NCBI GenBank assembly: GCA_964200185.2
Contig: CAXNAD020000073.1
Location: 1-32,285, forward strand
From: Choristocarpus tenellus KU-1152
Lineage: Eukaryota; Protista; Phaeophyceae
Reading direction: 5' to 3'
Length of the DNA stretch: 32,285 bases
Shown here: positions 1 to 9,700 of the stretch, one piece after another
How positions within the stretch are numbered: position 1 is the first letter of the stretch
How the letters are laid out: the number at the start of each line of letters is the position of its first letter
Program-made: the position numbers and the translations under genes
The notes under the pieces: model-generated
What the model was told of the DNA's origin: nothing
The model's input: only the letters and a program-made list of their open reading frames with translations
Database searches by the model: none

Positions 1-106
1 GTTAGGGTTAGGGTTAGGTTTAGGGTTAACCCTAACCACGTTCAATACAATTGGTAAGGGTTAGGGTTAGGGTTAACCCTAACCCTAACCCTAACCCTAA
101 CCCTAA
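1..106. repeat. Telomeric repeats with two head-to-head (TTAGGG)n-(CCCTAA)n junctions
   Basis: ...TTAGGGTTAACCCTAACC... at ~23-32 and ~70-79. Confidence 0.95.
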
Positions 107-180
107 CATTGTTTGCAACTGCCTCATCAACCTTTCAAATTAATCGCCCCCACAACCTCTGACAGAATATACACAATACT

Positions 181-544
181 GACACAACAATAATGTGTGT
201 TCGACCCGACAAATAATGTGTTTCGACACAACAGCAATGTATTTTAATGCAGCAGTAATGTGTTTTGGCACAACAACAATATGCTTTGACACAACAGTAA
301 TGTGTTTTGACACAACAACAATATGCTTTGATATAACAGTAATGTGTTTTGACACAACAACAATATGCTTTGATATAACAGTAATGTGTTTTGGCACAAG
401 AGCAATGTATTTTGATGCAGCAGTAACGTGTTTTGACACAACAACAATATGCTTTGATGCAACAGTAATGTGTTTTGACACAACAACAATATGCTTTGAT
501 ATAACAGTAATGTGTTTTGACACAACAACAATATGCTTTGACAG
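181..544. repeat. Minisatellite, 42-bp unit made of two diverged 21-bp subunits (GTAATGTGTTTTGACACAACA / ACAATATGCTTTGATATAACA), about 8 units
   Basis: Visible periodicity. It explains the repetitive ORFs in four frames. Confidence 0.95.
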
Positions 545-745
545 GACTCCGCCTTCGGGTAGCGGTATTGTCATCGAGGATAAGGAAGATGCTGACGACG
601 TGAGTGATAATGAAACTGGTTCCCTTATGCCTGGAAATACGAAGCCTCCCTTTCATGGGTCATCTACTGAAGAGGGAAAGGAACGCATGGACGCCTCTTT
701 GAGACCTACACGCCCACGATTGCCCGTCTCTCGCCCTCCAACCAT
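545..745 (+). CDS. CTL-like gene, N-terminal acidic/low-complexity exon (TPPSGSGIVIEDKEDADDVSDNE...RPPT)
   Basis: Acceptor tttgacag at 544 and donor AT|gtaagg at 746. CpG-rich compared with the flanks. The phase-2 end joins exon 3333 to make ATG. The true start may lie upstream of the window or at ATG 216. Confidence 0.55.
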
Positions 746-3700
746 GTAAGGGTTAGGGGATTGAGTACCACCTCGGTTGTGAATATTTTTCAAGTTTTTT
801 TTAATCTCACTTCCTAGGCCTTTTGGGGTTAGGGTTAACCCTATAACCCTAACCCTAACCCTAACCCTAACTTTTATTAGTTCAATTTTTTTAATGAGAT
901 TTTGTTCAATCGGTTGGCTCTAATTACGATGTTCCCATTCTCTCTATATATACTGGTGTTTACTTCTGATATGTCATATGTTGAAAGCCTATGACTTGAA
1001 CTTCAAGTCAGCGTAATGCTTGACCCCTAACCCTTTAGTCACTCACCGGTTGGGGTTAACAAATTGGGGGTTAGGGTTAGGGTTAGGGTTAGGGTTAACA
1101 AATTGGGGGTTAGGGTTAGGCCCTTTTTGCAAGTCCTGATAGAGACCTCAGATTTTTCTAACTCATTGAAGGACACTACAGAAAAGGCCTTACTAGGTGA
1201 TCAGGGTTAGGGTTAAGGTTAGGGTTTGAAAAATTAATTGTCAGTGATTTTTCTTGAAGACTCCCAACCAATCTTGAGTTGTCAAAGTCTCAAGTAAGGA
1301 GTCCTAGGATGGCAAGCAACATAAGTAAGAGGTTGAGAGGGCCAGCCTCAGAGACACCTGCAGACATGGGGAAACCGAAAAACAAGAGGGAGGCTCTGAG
1401 GAAGACCAGGCAAGGTCCTTAACGGCTGCGTCGAGGAAGAAATAGGTTAAGAATATATTAACAGAGATGGTGCTCAAAAGGTTGGCAAACTGGTGCTAAA
1501 GAGCAAATGAAGAAATACAAGAAGTTGGTCAAAGAGAGGTTCTTTCTGAGGGGTAGGCGCGTTTACTGGTGATACACTAGCCCTAATCCTGTACTATCAC
1601 TACCAGTTTGTTATCTACAACCATATGGTCCAAACTGAAGTAGTGGAGGCCATCTACTACTTGGCAGTGTGAGTGGGATGCAACAAAGGTTTTGCTGTGT
1701 TGTAAAAACTTTGAAGGATAAGGGGGAGATTTATTCCGACTCTGTGACTGGGAGGGGGACTGTTCAAGTTAGCTCTAACTCTGACAAGTTAACTCTAACT
1801 CTGACAAGTTAACTCTAACTCTGACAAGTTAACTCTAACTCTGACAAGTTAACTCTAACTCTGACAAGTTAACTCTAACTCTGACAAGTTAACTCTAACT
1901 CTGACAAGTTAACTCTAACTCTGATAAGTTAACTCTAACTCTGATAAGTTAACTCTAACTCTGATGTGTTAACTCTAATAAGAGTTGCAAGGTCCTTAAT
2001 CCACAGCTCGACAAGACAGAATTCTCTACCTTTGGACAGCACTTGTTGGGAAGTAAATGTGAAATTACATTTGGGTTTGGTGACCTGGGTAAAAGACAAA
2101 GCTTGAGGTGACTCTCATTGATGGTTCTGGGTACTGTTCCAAAGTGTCGGGGTGTAATTTGTAAACTGCCCAGCTTTCGGACCATAGAGTTGTTTTGGCA
2201 GCAGTTTGTCGGTTAGGGTTAGGGTTAGGGTTAGGGTTATGGAATGAAAACGGGAGATCGAGTACACAAATTGAACAGTCAATAACGCTGGGGTGGTGTA
2301 GTGACCCTAACTGGGATTTAGGGTTAGGGTTAGGGTTAGGGTTAGGGTTAGGGTGGGTGGAAACCAGCAGACTGTGGGAAGCTGGTCACACATGACAAAC
2401 CAGAGGGAGATGACAGATTTCCTCAACACAAGAGGACAAGTATATTGGAGGGAGACGTACACTCAACCTGGTGAGAGTTCTGGATGAGCTGAAAAATACT
2501 TCAGATTTAGCGAGATCGGTGGGTGCTGTAGAGTTAGGGTTAGGGTTTGTAGATAAGAGTTTGCAGGTGGATTATGAGGTGGAACTCATTGTCTACGATG
2601 GCCAAAGATGGCAACAAGACAACATCGAAGCTGCCGATCACTGGCTATTTTTGTAATAAGAAGTATCAAAAGGTGACCAAGCAAAACTCTGAGTACTCCA
2701 GGAGTTTTTTTGTATCTGAAAATGTTGTCTGCTGCCACCCGAAACGATTTGGTCAGCCAAAAACATTTCCTAGGAGTCCTGTGCACATTAGCATTCCCAT
2801 GGCATACATGTTTTGCATCATGCAGAGTTAAAACCTAGGGTTAGGGTTACAATTGTGTTAATGTGAAAACAAAAAATACCTTGAAAACAGAAACTCTCCC
2901 TTTATACGCATAGATCACCTTACTGCATACTGTAGTGAGTTAAAGGCTACTGTAACTTAGGGTTAGGGTTAGGGAGTCAGCATTTATTTCACGTGAATTT
3001 CATGGGATGAATCCACTTGTAGCATATTTGACAGTGGTTTGAATGCCTCCAGTCTATTGTGTGAATTGAGTATTTGCTCCGAATTGGGCCTAGAGCAACA
3101 CGTATGTTGGGTCTATGTGGAGTTAGGACCTCAAATCAATACCTAATGAGGTCAGGGTTAGGGTTAGGGTTTGCCCTCACCTTTCCAACCGCATTTGTTA
3201 AGAAAAAAAATTGGTGTCTAAGTAATAAAAATTAAAAAATACGGAAAGATATTTCCAATCCTTCGATTATTACTTGCCTCCGATATATGTGTTGGATTAT
3301 ATTGGTACATCAAAGTTTTTTTTTTTCATCAGGCAAGGCCATTTCCCTGCAATGTGGAATATTGGTGATGTGGAAGAAGCAGCAGCCTTAAGGGAAAATG
3401 TTTGCTATGGTGGTTTAAGTACTGAACTTTGGATTGCTCTTGCATCTAACACATCTCATTCGTTTGGTAGGCGTGGGGTTGCAGTTCTGTTGCTATAGGG
3501 CGTTCTGTACAGTGCATGACAGGAAGAGTGAGAGTTGTCCCATCTTAATCTGGTAGGAGTGATGCTGAGGTTTTCCCTGCACTCAGAACAATCAGTTTGT
3601 GGAAGGTTGGTTTGTGCTAGTTCACAATTCTCTCGGATCCTTCTTGGTACAGTATGCTACAGTAAGGCACACAAGTGCTTGAGCTGTGAATGAGTTCATT

Positions 3701-6700
3701 ATTTGTATCGGTTTGACTTGGAACAGACGTTTTCTTGGACTATGAGGTAGGTTTGGCATAAAATGTTCTGAAACACTCCTTACTGTTCACATATTCGTGA
3801 TTCTAGGGTTGGGGTTAGATACTTGTGATCAATGCTAGGTGTGAATAGCAGTTCGTATCTCTCTGTGTTTGTTGTGGCAATGTAGATCCACGAAGACAAT
3901 GTGAAGTGGTTAGGGTTAGGGTTAGGGTTAGGGTTAGGGTTAGGTACTTGTGGTCAATGCTAGGTGTGAATAGCAGTTCATATCTCTCTGTTTTTGTTTT
4001 GGCAATGTAGATCCACAAAGATAATGTGAAGTGGTTAGGGTTAGGGTTAGGGTTAGATTCTTGTAATTGATGCTAGGTGTGAATAGCAGTTCATATCTCT
4101 CTGTTTTTGTTGTGGCAATGTAGATCCACAAAGATAATGTGAAGTGAGACTGCGGTCCACTCCTGCCTCCTTGACTTTGAGAAGATGGTGAGTTCATGTT
4201 CCACTGGTGAAGTCTTGAATGTGTCAACGAGGTCTCCTCCAAGTTTATCCAAGAGGTCAATACATCTAGCCATACAGTTGATGGCAAGTTTCAGTACAAG
4301 GGCCTTTTAGGCAGAGATGCCAATAGTGGGGTCATGTTGTGCCTAGGTAGTACTTTCTGTCATGCGGATGGTGATGAGAAGATTAGGGTTAGAGTTTAGC
4401 CATCAATAGGAAAAAAAAAGAATTGTTGTAAAAAAAAGGTAAAAAAAGGGTTAGGGTTTATCCACGTGTTGTCAGGACCTCTTCCTTTGCTTAGGGTTAG
4501 GGTTCTCCTTTCATACAGTTTGCTACCTATAAGCACATGAGATGAGCTTTTTATTACTGGCTAGTAATTGAATCATGATTGTGGAGGACCCCAAGGTGAT
4601 AATGTTGTTCTGTCTAGCTAACCCTAACCCTAACCCTGACTGGGTAGCTCCGTGGCATAATTGAGCTAGTGTCATCTCCCCAATTTCTCACCCACAGAAA
4701 TGACCAAAAAGTTAATTTGATCCATGTTGCACAGAGGCACCGAATGGGGGCACATGGCCTTGCTCGAGCCTGATACCATCCATGGTACAGATGAGTATCC
4801 CTCGGGGATAATTGGCTTGATATTTACTTCACACCCTAGCAATAGACTTTTTTTTGTGCAGTCTGGCACTCTTTGCCCCTCCGTTTGCACTTGTCTGGCA
4901 CTCTTTGCCCCGTGTTATAAGGACCCTCGTGACATGTTAGAAATAGGTTTGTAGGTAATCAAACCAAGAAAACTGCTTTTGTCATCTACTTGTGATCTAT
5001 TTCCTTCCAGACAAAATGGATGAGGTTAGTTTTTTTTTGTCATTCACTGTCCACGTGGAGGCATGGGGGTACCAACTTCTCCTCATCAGGCCTTCCAAAT
5101 CATGGAAGGCGTGGGTGGTTTGAGCTGTGGTTTCCAAGTATCCGAGGTAGGAGTGTGGCCTGCACTCCATTTTCCCCCTGTATTTGTGTCTCTGGCGAAG
5201 GTGCTTGTTCTTGTTCCTCTGGCTGTCCTCTCTTAGTGACATCCTCTTGTCTATACTTGGTCCCAGCACCTCAGCACGCTATGTTGCAATAATTCTTTTA
5301 TGGCTTATTGATAGAACTACACCTGTGATGAGAATTACATGCACTCAGACACACTTGTTGGGACAATGCTGTTGAGCAACAATTGTTTGAAGTACTCAGT
5401 ACCCTTGTGTTTCACTTACAATGACCATAATGGGCTGCTGCCGAATTTCTATGGTGAGGATGGGGTACTACATGATGCAATGCTGTGATTGAGTAATGGA
5501 GGGGTAGCTCAGCCAGTTAGCACCCACTTTGTTCCATCAGCTCTAGAAAGAAAGGAACAACAATGGAGAAGTTGTGGATGGATAAACATGTGGGGACTGA
5601 CCAAGAGATCTGTCACTAATCAATCACAGTGCTGGAGCAACACCAGGAAGAGAGGTGCAGGGGAGGTCTGTGTGATCTGTGCTGGGTGAGAAGAATGAGA
5701 AGCTCCACCATACAGCAGCCATGAATCTCCAGTGGCACCAGGAGGAATGGCTTGGAGTGGGACTGTGTAAGGGTGGAAAGGGTGGGTGTGCCCGGGCAGG
5801 GTCTGTGCATGCTTGTGCAAAATTTGATCTAGCTAAGTGTATGTGTATAGTCGTGGGGTCTGTGCATCACATTAGACTTGAAAATGTTCAACACTTAGAA
5901 ATTTCGGTATCACAGGTCAGGGCTCTGCCCAGCGGCATAAGAACAAGTAACATTCTGGTACAATCATCACCTCAATTTTTGTTCATAGTATCTGTTGACT
6001 CAAGGTAGAATCAGGGTTAGGGTAACAAAGGGAGGGGGCTTATGACAGTAGTTCCAGAATATCCACTCCTTTTTTTGTAGCAATACCCTACTACTATCTT
6101 TTTGTTGTGGATCGTAGCGCTTGATATTTGATCCTGCTTTTTGCTAATGATTGACACTGACATTTTGTCAACAGTTCTTTTTGTTGAAACATTCACTGTC
6201 TCAGCACCCATGCTTGTATTTCATGTTGAGAGTATAGTTGACAGTTTGTTCTTGTCCTGGCCTTGGAGAAGGTCAATTACTAATAGGGTCAACCATGAAG
6301 TTACAGACCTGTTTGGCATGACTGAGGCATGCATTTGTCAGCATCGATGTCCTGTTTCATAGCATGGTTGATGAAGTGGCAGTGGCAAATAGCTCTCATC
6401 TTGTCAAGACAAGATAGTCCCAGCAACGTTTCTCGAGCTGTGGTGGGTGGCTTGAGCTAAGTTGGCTCCAATTGTGAGCAGTATATTGACTGATAGTGTT
6501 GTTCCACTTAAGAGCTCTTCTTAAGGCCTCTAAGGGTCATGCTCTTTTGATGGGCTGATGTGGTCAACCTCTCTGGGTAGACACTAGTAACACTGCATCT
6601 CGGTTGTAATGATTGGCCTATGATAAGTGAATCATGTTCATCTCGGTTGTAATGATTGGCCTATTATAATCAAATAATGTTCATTTCGGTTGCAATGATT

Positions 6701-9700
6701 GGCCTATTATAATCAAATCATGTTCAGACCTACTTCAAGCAGCAATGCAGTATTACTTCAATTTTTTTGTATTGTAATGGTGCATATAGGGGTTAGGGTT
6801 ACAAAATGTGTCCATTGTGTGGGTACAGGATGGAGTCAGCAAGATGCTGCATAGGCTGACGACCAATGAGAATCTTGCTTTGACCGTGGTGAAGATAATG
6901 AGGTCAATGTCAGATTACTTGGAAGTGACCTGACTTAGAACTATGTATGGGGGATACATTTCAGATGTTTTCGTGATCAATTGGAGCAAGTTGTGAAGGA
7001 ATGTGGTCAACTGATTGGTTCAGACCAGTGGTAGTCAGTGGTACCTATGTGGCATGTGATTGACATGATGCATGGCAGGGAGTAGACATGTTGTGAATTT
7101 CAGATATACTGCATCGCCCAAGGATTTGACTCTGTTTGGAATGGTAGATAATGGATAGTTTTGGTAGATGACAGAAAAAGAAAAAATATGTAGTTCGTGA
7201 CCTCCTACATCGTGCAAAGAGAACATTAATAGGAATTCAGGAGATTGGATGATATGTTGTGTGATGCATAGGGTTTGAGAAGCATAGAAGGTTGCGAGCG
7301 CTGCCCTGCCATGTGAAAGAACCCTAACCCTAACCCTGCCATGTGAAAGAACCTTCATGGGTATTTGGAAGTGTACACTGTAACTTTGGAAGAATGTTGA
7401 GACGAGGAGTGATTTGAGATTTTTGCTGTGCATCGTGTCTTTGATCTATGGTAAAGATGCAGCAGGTCAAAGGTTGATAGCTCCACTTTGTGCGTCAGAA
7501 CTGCAATAGTCAAGTCTTGAGCAGTCAAGTTTGGTGCTACTCTAGTTCATTGATGACAATGAAAGCAAGATCCATACTTTGGCATTTTGGTTGGTTGTGC
7601 CAAAGAGTAATCTGACCAGGGGACTATTTGCTCAAGACACATGGTTGAACCTTGCCCCTATTGTTTGAGCAGGTCCAGAGATGTACGCTACACGGTGCTG
7701 TTCTTGCTTCAGTCAGTGATCACCCTTACTGTTTCCTTCAAGACTGGTAGGTATTAGAGGAAGGGTCTTGAAGTCATATCAAGATTACGTACTAAGATGC
7801 TTAAGTACTACTCAAAGTATTCAGTTCGAGTACTCTAACCCTAACCCTAACCCTAACCCTAACCTCTGGAATAACACGTGCCGCATCTAACAGTGTCTCC
7901 AAACACCTGTTTGCTCTGTTATCGTTTAGTGCTGTCTTGGAGGTCTTTTTTAGCACCCTCTTCACCTTATAATTTCAACATCATCGCACTCTCTTCACAT
8001 GGGGGCCAGGACCAGAGATTGTCGATGTAGTCACTACCCCTTCGTGTGCCTCCTTTCTGTTCATATATATATATAGTTCTGTTAGCCTTGGAAGAGACAC
8101 AAGCCATGGTAAGGACTGACTCTAAGCACCTACAATCGATTTGGGGTTGATGTTACCTCATTGATTTCAAATTTTGTTATTATTTCCCAATATTCATCCG
8201 CAATTCTGGTCTTTCCTTCTCTAGGCAACAACTACAATGTCAACAGCGCAAGTCCTAACGAAGCTCAGTGGATACCCATTCCTGATGGGGTTCGTTGGGG
8301 CAATTGTCTCAACCTGGGGGCTGCCATGGGGTTGTTCCTTTCTTGCATGTTCCAGTGGGTCCTAATGAACACCCGACTCGGTTCCTTCCTGGCGAAAAGG
8401 TCACTGCATGCTGCTGTGGCATTGGAGATCATCTTAAGGTGATAGAGTTGGGGATATATTTTGTGACTGGTTGGACTGTGCGTTACGCTATAGCGCATGC
8501 ATGAATGACAGAGGGTTAGTTTAGGACAAGAGTTAGGGCCTGGTTTGATTTAAGGTCGCTTTAATTTTCATGCCAAACTAGGATTTGTTGGGTTAGCTCT
8601 TCTATGGTTAGTGCTTTGTGTCAATCCTTGGGCTCAGGATGGTAGCTTGCAGCTCTGAGCTATTGGGGAAACAACTTGAGAAGAAATCAGACTTGGGAAA
8701 TTTTATGTATGTGAAGTGTTGAGCGAGTCCGTTCTATCGAACTCACCCCACTTCTCCTGCTCATAAACTGGCGCTCCCACTTCCCCTGCTAGCTTGAATC
8801 CGGTTTCCGTTCTTTCTTTCTCATCCCCATCTCCCTCTTCCACCTGCCCTAACCCTAACCCTAACCCTAACCCTAACCCTAACCCTAACCCTGTGTTTTT
8901 TGCACCGTTGTTGTTAGTGTTGGCATCCTTGCCTTTTCTCGTGTACATTGGCCCTTGGCAGTCGTGCTGGGGGTAATGGCAGTTAATGGTGTTAGATGGG
9001 GAACGCGTTTGAAAGACTCACGGCACTTCCTTGGCATGCTGGTTGACATGGTGAGTAGTAGGGTTAGGGTTGGGACTGACGAGAGCATTTAAGGCCTACC
9101 CTCAGGAGATGCTATTTATTTTTGTGCTAACTTTAGGGTTAGGGTTAGGGTTAGGGTTAGGGTTAGGGTGAGCCGTGATAGTGCTGTGGTTGTATGTAAT
9201 GGGCTGACATTGGGCTGCACCTGTTTGCAGTCTAGTGGTTAGTTGGGACTTAAAATCTGGTTTCACTCAGTGCTAAACTCATGTAACAAATGTGGGCCAT
9301 TTTTTGTTAGTTTTCCTGAGTCGAATATCGCTTAGGGTTAGGGTAAGGAGATTTGATGTGGTTTTTGACTTGGTGAAATATTTGTGAAGTACTTAGTGTT
9401 CTCCTCTAATACGCCACAGCCTCCACAAGAAAAGTGTGCAATCTTTGTTGATGTATGGTTTCACTCCCCTTCAGCGAGATAACCCTAAGAATATAGGGTT
9501 AGGGTTAGGGTTAGGGTTAGGGTTAGTGTTCATCTTTTGCATGTGCTCCGTGATGCACTATCTTCCCCTTTGTCTTTCACAACAGTGTGAGGCTTTCGTT
9601 GAGCAGGGTCCGTGATACACCCTGAAGTGTCTCGCTGCAACTGGTTTGATCAACTGAGATTTCATGTGCATCCCTCTGCCTCCTTTTGAGGTATGCAGTG

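Noticed and set aside
1-106. True chromosome end
   Set aside because: A left telomere should read (CCCTAA)n from base 1. Here the tract is short, of mixed orientation and like the other internal tracts. The contig may simply break at a repeat.
135-656. Cys-rich and other repetitive minus-strand ORFs
   Set aside because: They are by-products of a 21/42-bp minisatellite that lacks stops in several frames.
3804-4146. CRISPR-like repeat/spacer array
   Set aside because: The context is eukaryotic, the long units are near-identical, the spacers are telomeric repeats and there are no cas genes.
8428-8478. Near-palindrome ATCATCTTAAGGTGAT as a frameshifting excision footprint, with the exon extending to a gtgcgt donor
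   Set aside because: The AG|gtgata donor at 8439 gives an intact in-phase join, so no insertion needs to be invoked.
8747-8843. Apparent minus-strand exon VEEGDGDEKERTETGFKLAGEVGAPVYEQEKW with cag/gtgagt borders
   Set aside because: It is the reverse complement of the pyrimidine tract of a plus-strand intron. No other minus-strand exons chain with it.
8794-8976. ORF with PNPNPN followed by hydrophobic VFFAPLLLVLASLPFLVY, suggesting telomeric repeats translated in an exon
   Set aside because: A different frame (8918-9050) has proper splice sites, the right phases and fits the CTL topology.
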